DNA of 64,000 nucleotides from Candidatus Danuiimicrobium aquiferis (GTDB lineage Bacteria; Omnitrophota; Omnitrophia; Omnitrophales; Danuiimicrobiaceae): NCBI GenBank assembly GCA_001804285.1, contig MHFR01000037.1, positions 85,952 to 149,951 of the forward strand, read 5' to 3'. Shown piece by piece: positions 50,101 to 57,800 of this stretch (position 1 is its first letter; each line of letters starts with the position of its first letter). The notes under the pieces were generated by a model. It saw only the letters and a program-made list of their open reading frames with translations, ran no database searches and was not told where the DNA came from. The position numbers and the translations under genes were made by a program.

Positions 50101-51660
50101 ATTGCTGCGCCGGTCTGCTCTTGTGGGAAATGACACTGACTCTTGATTGCTTCGTCGCTTCACTCCTCGCAATACCAGGTGCGGCAACGCCAACGCCTTC
50201 ATCCGTTCAATCACAGCATCCGGTGCTATTAAATTCGATTCTTTATTAACCCGATCAAACTCCTCGCGCGTAAGCTCCAGAGCAAACAGTTTTCCCAGTA
50301 TTTGATAATCGTAATAAAGCGAAATCAGCTTCTTCTCCTCATCACTTTTTGCGAGTGTTTTGAGAAGATTCCCGGTCAGCGTTTCTATTTCCTTAAACAG
50401 AAACGTGGCGTCTAATTCCTCTTTCAGAATGATTGCGCCGAATTGTTTGCTTAAATGCGGATAGTCTTTGAACGTGAAACCTTTGGGTTTGGCGACTTGG
50501 TAGAATTGTTCCAGCTCGGCTCTCGTGGCGGCTGGCCGCGAAGCACGAGCAGTCCTCAGATCCGCTCGATCTGAGGGCCGCTGGGTGTGAAAATTATCGT
50601 TCTTGTCGTCATTGCGAGCCGTAAGACCCATTGCGGGCGAAGCAATCTTAAAGTTCAGGGATTGCTTCGTCACTTCGCTCCTCGCAATGACGGGCAAGTA
50701 TTCCTCTAACCCATTCTTTTTCAACCAATCCGATAGTTTCTCTTGTTCCTGCACTATAGGGGACGGACCTCTTTGTTCACTTTGGTCCAAGAGGTCCGTC
50801 CCCATTCCCGGTAGCAGGTTCGTCCCCGATCGCAGGGATCCATGGATTCCCGCCTGCGCGGGAATGACAGAAGAAGTGAGTTCCTTCAACTTAAAATACC
50901 GGAGAAGCTGCGGATATTCAAATTGGTTTAAGGGATCATGCAAATCCATTTTCAAATATTTCTTCGCAGCAGAATCTAACGCATTTAAATGCGCAACCAT
51001 ATCAGCCCTTGAATCCTGAAACAAAAGCCAATCGTTGAGGAATTTTTTCAGGTCCTGATTGAAATAATGCGAGCCGAGTGTCGCAAGGCGTGTCTTGACG
51101 TTTTTCAAAAATTGATCGGAACTATCTTTTCTTTGATAAATCTGACGAAACTGGCGGAGATTCTTCCGGTAAAGCCGCGCGTCCTCAACGCCAAAAGTTT
51201 TCGCTTTCCCGTTTGAATGCAGAAGGAAAAGCCCGCCACCGCCGATCGCGCCCTTCTCAAGAAAATATTGCGCCAATTTTTCATTTAACTTCCTGTCTTT
51301 AAAAAACCGGAGCAATCCCGGATTGACTTCACCCTTCAAACCGCCTTCAAGAAATACGGTTTTGAATCCATACTGGTCGCGCAGCACGGTCAGAATTTTT
51401 TCGATATTCTTTTGCGCAACGATCTGGCCGTGGGCATCCTGGATATGAATAATCGTGGCAGGCCCTGAAGAATGGACGTTCTGCACCGAGCCAAGCGCTT
51501 CCGGAATTTCAATTTTTCCGGCGATATCCGGAATTGAAACTTCGTGGCTTTGGAACAGCGCTTGTTTAAGGTCAATATTCTGCGCGTAAGAAACGGCCGA
51601 GGTGACTGAAAACGTGACGGAAAGAAGAACGGCAATGGCTCTGAAAAGAAGCTGTTTCAT
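35134..51660 (-). CDS. giant (about 5500 aa) secreted or membrane-anchored multidomain protein with a string of catalytic domains
   Basis: This single uninterrupted ORF is 5523 codons from the first ATG (51705). The likely start is the Met at 51660, whose signal-peptide-like sequence MKQLLFRAIAVLLSVTFSVTSAVSYAQ is preceded by a GAGGA SD.

Domains, with aa index counted from 51705:
- N-terminal domain shared with the next giant ORF, about 85-655.
- TM block, 887-1005.
- Nudix box GGHVKAGETIYRTAIDELAEEAGM, 1127-1150.
- Tandem degenerate Nudix-like repeats, about 1380-1650.
- PPDK_N / ATP-grasp-like region with VAGGKGANTHIL, about 1740-1960.
- PEP-utilising swivel domain with TDGGSTSHAAQNSLPLQIPCLVG, about 2125-2205.
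- DUF218/YdcF-like domain with VLLICGND...ILISGGLGKGT, about 2805-2960.
- GT-A-like domain with a DDD motif, about 3660-3830.
- Second DUF218-like domain, about 4058-4200.
- HD domain with ILLHDIGK, about 4740-4895.
- Inositol-monophosphatase / CysQ-like domain with WVLDPLDGT, about 4925-5140. Confidence 0.8.
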   Translation of the reverse strand: MKQLLFRAIAVLLSVTFSVTSAVSYAQNIDLKQALFQSHEVSIPDIAGKIEIPEALGSVQNVHSSGPATIIHIQDAHGQIVAQKNIEKILTVLRDQYGFKTVFLEGGLKGEVNPGLLRFFKDRKLNEKLAQYFLEKGAIGGGGLFLLHSNGKAKTFGVEDARLYRKNLRQFRQIYQRKDSSDQFLKNVKTRLATLGSHYFNQDLKKFLNDWLLFQDSRADMVAHLNALDSAAKKYLKMDLHDPLNQFEYPQLLRYFKLKELTSSVIPAQAGIHGSLRSGTNLLPGMGTDLLDQSEQRGPSPIVQEQEKLSDWLKKNGLEEYLPVIARSEVTKQSLNFKIASPAMGLTARNDDKNDNFHTQRPSDRADLRTARASRPAATRAELEQFYQVAKPKGFTFKDYPHLSKQFGAIILKEELDATFLFKEIETLTGNLLKTLAKSDEEKKLISLYYDYQILGKLFALELTREEFDRVNKESNLIAPDAVIERMKALALPHLVLRGVKRRSNQESVSFPTRADRRSNQGTVSFLVKSEQRNNQGRLSFPHVFSGNPLLGDSREQLSGMTKRGIEGPVQNLFRRCLQFYQTANEREQVIFENVLSTLKQTKQDKAVLVTGGFHQEGIEAIAKEKGFSYLSIMPKINEIQDSQLYVNRMTLKPVFLSPASNVAPAQIINPMHETAAKIGRAEAQYLADDIQTGIQDMQATLKTSAQPDGPALKLHDSMFFNMRQTSTQEHTRTGTQVEMKASAPVPYAPVLLRGPGMQRARAAEGSTSDVSSETSERAEARNLAPKMGTGSKTIKPEPVPVLGNRSVQESLRLRQREKNAAARAEARDNGSSAEEFLAETRKSTLNVSPVRTVWEKFKVDEGTALKVAPFARTVAVTGLYTLLVFYLAGAHGILVSSVIAGLVSNVFYAVLHWNGVYMPHKAGPPVFKKFYRFNERVSMWGRLFVLGLFLYLPYFVFFPATFSIGPALSFMVGVSATTWMILAHLFYNSGLHHRGLYDWPSLLVPPSATLKYKLEHLAGFPGSGITPDMIESILKRVQDGKITLSGEDLNIIAEGAAGEIKTIGVIDARIAHEYRLLHHSANAIVFTPKGTILVQRRVHNKVKPLDVTIFGGHVKAGETIYRTAIDELAEEAGMSKDGVLEGTWKLIGAENGYSSDRTDPPNREKITNYMYFATSKEVEKALEYGRWLEEKKRSMTREKFKRWIEREQTRHAGNGETWAIYELTLEELLQAARGENVIKEDVFKDGVQQWNVKLTDDLLEPLLADKAVVDKLKSSVAAARVNREEVVRKIMEVREIFSQEKPWDEAARSHSRKLIDEALKDIRSVLSVGVDSDDPFLSLLYMAQVMNKFVGGTRGPSKSPRRVPSAQIFLIDQSGKKILFQKRGPYKRLFAGKLTVSANAKVNKETVLTAAADAIEKETGAKIPLARLKDVRLGENAPGDPVYYFYTLSDAEEQRLHEYYETNKAAFHADGIDLVWDQEKRSLHLVSIDGKVTADQVKAAAEEIRKKVGIPWIHPVFDLRAMVAAAVENETGLRIPFEKLHKIDSGKVRSGWLASYDFYALNEKEEKKLVAYQTAHQDQYRADGVLMDWDARKKSLCVLSVDGKNVREKIREIAGQIRRETNIPGIYPVFDKNEERLFVYQLTGEDAAFLKKKMEQAERDRRDAEAQLVDGGSNIFKTIDSDEMVFKTRQEIESEFQANPLAFALDLTGPYVSDSAIWEEIFPDILNVDDEAAASVEVAGGKGANTHILRQLMNSGKVPVLQVPDSSVLTTHAFERMVFGDPVIKELVERLEKTEDEDEIRMLCQQIRDRIGKLEFPKPLRNQIAREFKRLGGKIAVRSSATVEDLKNFAAAGQAKTKLYQLSVNQTLKSIKVVWASLFDDGFVTIRRRAGLSVAKAGMAVLLQKFIEPRSSGVAFSVDPDDSINRPIIKIDAVHGIGEGIVDGKIPVDKWKVGPMADAILEKKIQRKKQKVTTKPGGDIQTVDLSDEEADLPSLLDAEILEVARLTKLICRHYRARGLANNIDIEFAVDENGEIFIVQARAKIISEAKREENQAVFVVRTVDESQVPSMRRHVLDSNATAATHGAVYAQLQILKGQKGGSETQDKHLAAQVRPGVILVAHHTNNEFNDVFAKLAGVITTDGGSTSHAAQNSLPLQIPCLVGATDAFEKLAAYDGQMVTFDSGRRTIYLGKGPIVEERRTVGIYRSDEKMTPEEVLREMEPHEIFERWSMMHIRRSEVYQDFPEDGHLRKRSSVYRWFELDYYWQAWDRLTDVFERFFVGRTPWKLETQERVFKSSSTYKTHNPDEPPDTVRMYLYQRITRNDPHSIFYFVKNVRNLRAHDLQELFNARWTGLKTFGEVISGMNGMITKDNVETMVDGIIDAFVWMHIGFWLDVTVNHIFAFDQARYIDRNFREIMKDEAAVGLHAEFSIDENRKDIPKGLILKLSRQKDKEFYALIERVWSSPAVSEMFERHKDPAELAEKLREHYPQIYDIVEKWSTKYKKTSEHLDDPSDTLFYLEDIRSRILEGKSVTEEFLAALCMKHLEKTKEEELSLQSLTKDENLNLLMRGFVRVARAGTRKPWMVSAREVDAGLGLALEKIKKVIENQNAKMKTARRALTEYPQLKETMSLSHQEFLLREDGHHVIAPLQRRVARMMLEAAQNYLKILGVPQRIFDIGTDEVVALFKDSDPSYVGETFNRNRLFKKAEDGLSEGWKSVPEEAVAQYEKELEQVFEILRRQESMAHVDRVKRYYQREEKRLRDRIVFLRDTLSLLKLKELLNSRDKKRQELKAHVLLICGNDFLDNFQEAVELYNAHKISKILISGGLGKGTLSLIRNAVLERIPVHISDDEVITHESQIERLETLRKAGKLDMALKRREAEIIKEIILHMARNRVDQKGNPRPVPIDEKDIILETETSIITEYFEKTKPILKQVHQELGLSNNDPLVVAYMHDPVQQFRTKGTFAVSYADEIRDGKIEGVSYALDHDIYGLGRKTVKLNMLREMFALIIFTRSGDVRPIYNGQNGLSAIPEIYWKTAADLLGGFSKNDENRAKLRELFSGMIEGLRKRRSDFPADLPTVLSGLPKNLKAFNDALLELFDEQGQFESQPASQTRSEVRETLTEHPAVFDFYSPRVIDLSLVFNEEAAEQFVWNRGRGSRMLGGRILNSNEMPTVFDVESALKPVEDQVGGKYGAVTVYSYGNYLHNDWFVIYDGARQQVYHRKDEPVFERIYSMMVAWNTGAITSEDVRFVKVDGSGQVKVLIGDSTENRAAEVKTAFFGQRLIHHGAATPVQDIANQFDDLYHLYVLPQFITYNEQGKPQYGQAIGFQEFFVDLPVPGRPVDRRLLKKVLANDGEAEFDLAPYLNQEPNRYSIADIEEKALKTRGYKPKVGDGPLAEGEYRIVGGAHQKKLQVKLIKSKYPHNLIGITESGRVVAINLTGNKRKKIGYTIEEVQKMVLEVTKTRGDPIRELFLLANSVDVMKYENGVPVSEESSENFRARENHSALIVIPQTSREKISDSFPPELAGKPSIEKGIRVPYQNGEVALPRSEVRNITSQMGTGSTPMEPEPVPILDYRVNMNGGFFVPGPEDARTVEMRVYEPGENSPKQRAYKEYFEPIYDDVDKYIESQDLRGKVKELIHAEHQSIVIGVPTANIHGDPAERILHFKKIIADLARMKREDGPYRNWPVRLVININGLDQKAYLEEVRKFQRQYSTPEVPITVMHMPLGGRLPGEKLSGKSNAVNAIREYAQSINASIIGMMDDDIEFSPGNIESNIDFLLTKSRENGVPMLIGSSYKIHPGHTLTRRVLPVGQGSNPNSVRGTSMFAYLFSLPPLPSLPINEDYFLKFVFADPQAKTKGRNYFWRLLANPDAVISFSVAETFVGYLKQEYRWELGDRWVQSLLSPGKKKTAWAHYGVFYVAWYMKRFHPLRDWEGTLFELKRSLGNFLIRGILINHFVAVELWIRQLIGKPRYTTHWSITIPKESKIRAETRSVGLSYSDRLLLNRLTQPITNFLAAREFYDVKTANRGSVPLNEEELIQKDFDFVMVLGTEDERVPEETAILIKKLKTNQPDLPVMTVGMYGAHFGGYYYTPDGERIAESEFYKARLEENGVSVDSVENKSTNTGENVLNAKEILDAEKFYPKRVLVIENPWLQKRAAATLIKQAVWPELEEVIGYAPYRHDFNSRDLTDSDRIKLAGIAIGEIYRLNIAYKGKHTIPVIIPAEVMAAYKQLIHFFDQRAEKFLTEASGNAGTADFDPLLTARTLAVLIELNRTTLLKESGKIQNRAEQYLSQLGEYAFFKLTETNFDSVTDFGRLDSFTRTAEMAIGLLPNFRIATAQVDIENSIAQIPVRAETAARTRTDLGVSGKNLFYKTRDIAKELLGRNAHVFSPPLARAEVRQTPDPVRLYHEKYQKGLRTMRRYPGKGYRIILRGLKKGEDGNYHQQYFEPGAFAVIHRLDPGLPFVTAAHQSFHRYLNELKKIFPGREDQIRYWEVGENNVHLSMGVFQEHKQLFSRKDRKTFVPLNEDEKQTIRGMVKQNTESTKVFRLFQLGYGVTADGGFVGFFADPEDRFHPFMEQLNSEAKRLIGENRITSRPKFGHMAIGRIMELPYSDDPAIREIERAKVLALVRKTAQGFEDDWNLNVAEPSRAYWHTVNDMHLLLEHEWLSTFGGENTQYDFMRSELRADSIEALIRERLPLEFHDRFNIPNYPLQVHQEGPLLRDHLRAMVDVLNYASSYGEIPERFRAVLSNPANRRFFEEFILLHDIGKITVPAKVIIEEGRTLMLYPDHEAASTNLLRSNPLLAEGLANRETLIEAVRLHGALYFVEGVSKGVPSLDVFQKFVDQINPDVDAKDVLTLLIAADFIDTIATKRSDPFQPRVQNFAKAFEEWEVLHTMKRLALEAGKIMLRVKASKIEAQRKLDGSDIAIGVDPVIEEMVRKEVSALLPDSLVIGEEMFERDMGVLERAKKTRFVWVLDPLDGTRPYINGWKNYCFTLSLLDKGNPVYTVIYAPEFEMNGAQSVMVEVHSGGVFLNGQKFMPPASKATTLSEVNAIFIPGIEKFSARHYQLVTKKKINAEPSPGSGIISALLVAFGVYDAYLDGGSNLWDVVGGAHVGFALGAKVTDENSRDFFPVDFNRLKIVDNKPTVNSALITAQPQVHDLLMQARSEGRKAESKKEKIGGEKGYRARQQEVSLRAEGEAIPEYGLPRRPAFGGTPRNDNIRGVSLESVLAVAKEVAERTVAPEAVSRFGKDQILRSLIPEAFAETPEPVTEIFANRLSGLATNSSESTGVDPSLALRMTEALLFTPEGFVHLSSEDPIFSDKTLFPDFARILIRFQRDDGKPWLTISGKKASSLAETVIESGISRAQLYRVIKFTDSEFAENAMMDGRQHGAAILVGSAEQASQFKYLLVLIGDGERFQELDHLSKVTTAFSLILALNHLSAYMKGIKIGADEYGLLLKQYFTTQAHGFSLGEQNGYPSIAYVEFWQYLESLPEIQRLIEAAA
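40930..41030. repeat. family C palindromic element inserted in-frame in the giant ORF
   Basis: ggggacaggttctggttccattggcgtagaacctgtccccatttgggatgtaatgttacgcacttcagatcgaggc. It encodes PRSEVRNITSQMGTGSTPMEPEPVPILDYRV. Confidence 0.8.
49240..49340. repeat. family C palindromic element inserted in-frame in the giant ORF
   Basis: ggggacaggttctggttttattgtcttagaacctgtccccattttgggtgcaaggttgcgcgcttcggcacgttctgatg. It encodes EARNLAPKMGTGSKTIKPEPVPVLGNRS. Confidence 0.8.
50026..50160. repeat. three tandem ~45-bp direct repeats derived from family A half-sites, in-frame in the giant ORF
   Basis: gggaatgacaaacgcccttgattgtttcg / aggaatgacacagtcccttgattgctgcg / gggaaatgacactgactcttgattgcttcg. They encode RRSNQESVSF / RRSNQGTVSF / QRNNQGRLSF. 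Confidence 0.7.
50740..50871. repeat. family C' plus family A palindromic elements inserted in-frame in the giant ORF
   Basis: ggggacggacctctttgttcactttggtccaagaggtccgtcccca ... ggatccatggattcccgcctgcgcgggaatgacag. It is translated as SSVIPAQAGIHGSLRSGTNLLPGMGTDLLDQSEQRGPSPIVQEQ. Confidence 0.75.
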
Positions 51661-51751
51661 AGGTTTGTCATCCTCACATTCCCCTTTGAGAAACTTAAAT
51701 TCCAAAAAACGTGTTTATTTAGTGTTTTGAAGTAACAGTGGTGTTCATTCA

Positions 51752-51861
51752 TGTCATGCCCGCATGCCTTAAGCGGGCATCCAGCCGATCTTGTGGATTC
51801 CCGCTTTTCCGCCCAACAGGACGGCGGATCCGCCAGTTTGATAGGTGGACGCGGGGATGAC
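51752..51861. repeat. family A compound palindromic repeat in the spacer between the two giant ORFs
   Basis: tgtcatgcccgcatgccttaagcgggcatcc...gtggattcccgcttttccgcc...gacgcggggatgacatg, with the upstream conserved flank agtgttttgaagt. Confidence 0.85.
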
Positions 51862-51880
51862 ATGAAACCTTCAAAACTGA

Positions 51881-54800
51881 TTACGCCGAAATCGATACCG
51901 CAATACTGGCTTTTACACGATCCCAGAGTTGCGCGAAAGCATCACTTTGACGCCCCGTTAAGCCCCGATAACCACCCAGGTTCGGTGTAAATTCTTCTCT
52001 GTCGTCAGGCTGCTTGAGCAGAGCATCGAAACCGGCATTCATGCCGACCCGGCCCGCCCACGATAAATTATAGCCAGCGAGGCGCTTGCCCGGAGCCATG
52101 AATGATTGCAGGATTGAAACCAATCTTTGGCTAATCCGGTCCACCAAGCTTTTCCCATTTACCACTTGCTCTAAAATAGTTTGCGGCAAAACAACAGTTG
52201 TATGTTGTTCCAAGAAAGCTTCCGTTTTCCCGGTGGCGGCATACCGTCCGGCTGCCTGACGTGCTTCCTCATCGCCTTGAATCAACTTCATAATCAATTT
52301 TGGCGTAATAGGGCCATCAACAACTGTAACATGACCAATTCCTTTAGTGGCTTCGGATAACATCTTCAGCAAAGCCGCCTTCGCAGGACTTAAGTCGTCA
52401 TTGATAATTACCACTTTATGCCATACATTTTGTTGCTGAAACACAGCCGCATTCGCAATCATCCACAAAATGCCATCCTCATCGAGCATGGAGCTGGACG
52501 TAATCTCCCTGCTGAATTTTAAATCCGAAGATGTCGCAACCGGAAATAAAACATTCCGTTCCGCTTCTGAAAGTTGATTAACGACAGCCAAAATCTCCCG
52601 GATTCTGTCTTCAGCACCTTTCACCCCAAGCACGGGCGAAATTAAGTTTTCCGTCACGGCAGATGTAAACATTTCACCCAGCTGATCAAGGCCTACCTGA
52701 TAAACCGGATTTCCGTTTGTCGTAATAGTCGGAACAGTTTCGGCAAGCGCAACACCGGAACCGGGCCATGTCACATTAAGTTCAAACGGAATTTTTAATT
52801 GCCGTCCATTCACTTTCAATAATCGCCCGAGCAATGCCGGGATTTTCGCCACAGTCGCTAAAATGCCGGCTAATTTTGGAAATTCCCCTTCCGGCGTGAT
52901 TAATACATTCTTGATAATATTTTCATCCACGGTAATTCCCGTCACAGGCACGTTAGCTTGATGAAGTTCCCCAACAACGCGTTCGACTTCCGCCACCTCA
53001 GCTTCGCGCACACCTTGATCCAGTTTTTCGATAACCGATCGGAATCTGTCTACATTTCCAAGCAACCGCGCTTCAGAACGCACAAAACGCTCACCGGGGC
53101 GTCGAAGAGTCGGCACACCGGTCGTTGGCTTCGGCACATCAAAAACAGCGGTCGATCTGGCGGGTATATTTTTCCCGCGAACGCCTCTCGCGCGCGCTAT
53201 TTCTGCAGACGTCGGCTGTATCTTTTCGTTGATACTCGCCTGAGCAACAGCAGCTTGCCGCACTTCAGATCGTCTGGGAATAAGGCTGGCTTCAACAGAA
53301 TCCCCGTACGCACCTACTTTAAGCCTGAAATAAACCGGCCGTCCTTTTGCCAAAGCGTCATCGATCCTAATCCCTCCCGCAACATTATCGTCTCCCTCAG
53401 AAATCGTGGGCTGAATATAAACATCGAACGCATGTTGGACAGGAGTCCCATCCTCATAGGCCACCACAATGCCCGTGACTCCCGTATTCGCACGGAGATC
53501 GTAACGTGCATTGTCGTATGCCTGATAATCTGCGCGATTTCTATTTTGCTGCTCTAAATAGTACGCGGTGGGATTCCGGATAATCTCCGGGAAAATATTC
53601 TGCCCGGGATTATAAGGCGAGAACGAGGTAACGCCTCCTTCCCCAACCGCTATAATTTTATCGATATCATGAGCACTCGCATTGGGTTCAGATTTCCAAA
53701 ACATCGAACTGAAACCACCGATTCTAATTTCACCGGGCGCAACATCACGGCGCGGAATCAACACCCCGCGCGTAATTTCCATTTCGGACGGAAAACCAAA
53801 ACGGAACGTCACTTCGGCTACCCCCTCAAACGCCTCTCCGTTAAACGTGATCACAGCGCGAATTCCCTCTTCCTGGTTTTCAAAATAGGTATTTGAAAGA
53901 TAAATTTCGCGGATTTGGGGAAATCTCGTTTTCTCAAGATCTGTTCCCGTATTCTGCAGAAAATACCGGAACGATGAACTATAACTCAGCATTTTCTTTA
54001 TTCCGTCGACCACAGCGGTCGGTGCCAAGCGTAAATATCCTGTTGCACTTAGCGTGAAGCCTTCTGCATAAGGCTCCTGGTCAGTCGGCAAATCTAATAC
54101 TGTTCCCAGATTCAGCCGGCTCCAACCATAATTGTCCGGTGACCACACTTCCGGCAAAGCCGGGCGGATCTCAGGAGAACCCCAATCAAGCAAACCCGGT
54201 GAAAAAGCAAGCTCATTCCATTGATCATCCGTAAAACGATTGTAAAACTGAAACGAAATGTGATCATGCACAACACGCGGCCGGGTCATCGCTTTAACTT
54301 TATTACCTTTAAAAGCCGGCGCTAACACGCGAACGGCATTCCCCTCATGAAAATCAAGACCGCGAGTTTCGCGATCAGACGTTGCATAATAATCCGGTTG
54401 ATCTATCACTAAGAATGGGTCGTAAGCACTGCCCGCACGCACACGCGATCGTTCAACCAGATCATTAAACGTCTGGTCCCAGGGAATTCTCGCTGTAGGT
54501 GACACCAAATCAACACCGGGAAACAACGGAAACTCCATGGGAAGCGGAATGTTCGTGCAAGCACCAACAGCGGCCGCAGATGCTCCCGTGAGAAACAACC
54601 GCCGATCAAATGCGCGATATCCGAAAATTGTAGACGCTGAGCGTCCCCATCGTTCAAATGGTGAAAGAGCTTCAGGGCCTTCAACTTTTGCTCGTACTTC
54701 CGCTCTGACAGTCTGAACATTGGCCGACGGAATAGCACCCGGAAAAATCGCCTGCACCATTTGACCATTTAAGCCACGTTGTTTGATGTCAAGTTTTGCC

Positions 54801-57800
54801 TGGTAAAATTGATATTGGAATGTCGGCACTTGGCCTTCTTCGTGAAGGACAAAATCTTTAGCATCCAGAACATAAAAATTCCATCCTTCGGCAAAATCAA
54901 GCATCCCACCGGCACCTTTCTTAAACACCAAAGGCGCGGACGGAGCAACGTTTCCATCGGGAATCAATGCGACTTCAAACTGATTGACACCCTCCGGCAC
55001 ATAAACCGCAAAACCCAAATATCGATCGGGCGTCTGAGGGAACGCAGCCCTCACATTGCGTTGAATCACAAGGCTGTTGAAGGCTCCTTTGTAAGGCACG
55101 CTTGTGATTAATCGAAAAGCACCGGGTATCAAATTTTCTTCACCCGTGGCAGAATTCACCTCGACAATCGCACCGCTGCCCAATTTAATATTTCTGCCGT
55201 CTTTATCATCGTAAAAATTGCCGACAGCATTTTCGTATTGAGGGGTTGTAATGCCTTTCCCCTGCAGCCACTGAATGAACAAATCATTCGCTTCGTGAAC
55301 CGATTTATAACCGACGGATTTCCGGTCGGCCGGCTGCGCGGAAACAGTTTCAACATCAATTTCATGATTTCCTTCAAAAACCGTAACGGCACCCTTAAAT
55401 TCGGGCGTACCCGGAACGTTTTCGAGTTCTCTAACCAGGGCGGGAGTCATGGCAAAAAACGATATGTGGTCTGTGTCTGTGACATTCCCCTGGTCATCTT
55501 TTTCGATGGACCAATATTCGAGTTTGATCACTCGTGGACGAACGCCGTTTGGGGGCACGGCTTCCCAATTCAAATTAACAAAATGGCCACCCAGCGCGAA
55601 TAAATCAATTGATTCATCGTTCACCGTTTCATAAACCAGCACTGCAGACGGTGCTTTTTCTAAATCATAAAGCATTTTCCCGCTCGATAGTAATTCATTC
55701 GCCCCTTTAATCCGGTTTCCTTCAAATCTCACCTTTCCCGCAGGAAGAGACGTCGCAGTTCCTTGAGGCATCGCATAGAGTCCGTCCAATTCATAGGGAA
55801 TCCCGGGTGCGAGCCCGGCATCAAGCACCACTTTGATTTGTGTCACACGGCTCAAAACTTTCTCAAGTTTCGCGGCTGCGGCATCATTGGTGATTTTTTC
55901 CTGATTCGCGATAACACTGACTAAAGCGGTTCTAACATTGAGGTCGTTAAGATTAATGGTATAACCATGGTTCGGTCCCAAATCAGACATTCCCGTCCCA
56001 TTATCTACTACAGGCGCCGGCAAACCTCCCGTCGTCCCACATCCGTAAATAGCAACAACACCGGCGGCGGCACCGGCAATAAAAGCCCTGCGTGTAACCT
56101 TCTTTTCGGTCAGCAAATCACGAAACGAACGGCCGAATTGACGTGCACCCGACACTTGCGGCCTTGCTGTCACTTCTCTCTTTCCCGCTGTAACACGCGG
56201 AACCACCGGCACGCGCATACGGCCAACACCTGTTCCCACCCTTCTACTTGCTGCCCTTGCTTCGGCCCTGCCTGCACCAACAGTATATTTCCCGACAAGA
56301 TCCACCATTGGAATGGATGTGCGAGTACCAATTTGAGCGCCCGAACGATCATGCGTTGTAGCTAAAATATGATCAACTTTGTCTGTTCCGGATGCTTTAA
56401 GAACCTCCTGAATATACAGCTGGCGTGCTCCATCATCTTTAATAAGCACCATACCTGTTTGTAATTGAGTCCCTTCAGCCACCCATTCCCTCGCCTCAGA
56501 ACGTACCTCCGGCAATTGCCCTTGAGCTGAAACCTTCACGCGATACACCTGATTAGGGCCGAGCGGCGGCAAATTTTGGACATCCGCACTGTCAATGTAA
56601 ACCCGGACTCCGAAATTTCCTAAATTCACACCTTGATCAATTTTAAAACCGGCTCCATTTTGAGGCAGTATCACTGCGTAGTCTTTCGGAAGTTCCACAT
56701 TCCGATCAGGCTCGTTTTGAATAGTGAATCGCACAGGCAGCCCGCTTCTTACTATTGTTTGGGTGTTGTCATCCCATACATCAGCTTCCACAAAGAACGA
56801 TCTTGGATTATTTAACAAATCTGAAATAAGAAAATTGAGACCCGCACTACTCGTTAGCGGTAACTGTGAAATAACCGCCATTGAGTAGATCGAATCCGCG
56901 GGCCGGGCAATCGCCGCAACCGCTCCTGTTCCCGCTGAAAGTGAAACATTGGCATCAATCACAGCATTCGCCGCGGTAACTGAACCATTCACGGGCATTA
57001 AACTAATTCCTTCAACCGTCGCCCCATAGGCATAAACGGTTAATTTTGCTCCAGCCGGAAGAGGGTTTGTCACAGTCGCACTCACCTTCACGGGACTCAT
57101 ATACACATACGTTGAAACCAGCGAATTAAAATCGGGATATCCTTTAACAAGATCAATCACGTCCCGAATTTTTGTGTGAATGCCGGCTTCTACACTTATA
57201 TCCGTAAACACCGCATCCCGGTCAATCCCATTTTGATCTTTGTATCTGACCTTCACACTAACCCGGTCATAATTCTCTAATTGGAAAAATGCTTTTGTAA
57301 TTTCACCATTATAAAATTCGATTCCGACCGAATCTGTTTCCGCCGTCTTCGCCACTTGATTAACGATCGTAAATTGATTCACGGGACCCGTAAATACCGT
57401 CGCGGCTCCGATCGGCCGCGCATTTCCCGTCGCGCTTGTCGTATTCGGCAATTCAGCCGTCACCGGAAAATCATACGGATTCAATCCGCCAGTCGTCGCA
57501 CCGTCTAAATTGACTGTCAATTGAAAACCGGTAGTCCCCGGTTTAACCTGCGGAATATTGTCTCCGACGTCGGGAATATTGGCTTTTGTGTCCCCCACAG
57601 CACCAATCGCCATTCCGGTTAAATGATCAAGATCGAGGACCTCATTAACGCTTGATAGATTCTTGCTCACGCGAATGGCCTCCAAGACACCCTCGATTTC
57701 CGAGACCATTAAGTCTCCGTATCCGCGGACAACAAGCTGAACCAATCGCCCTTGATTGTCGTTTAGCGTCACCAGCCAATAATTAATATTGGGGTGCGAT

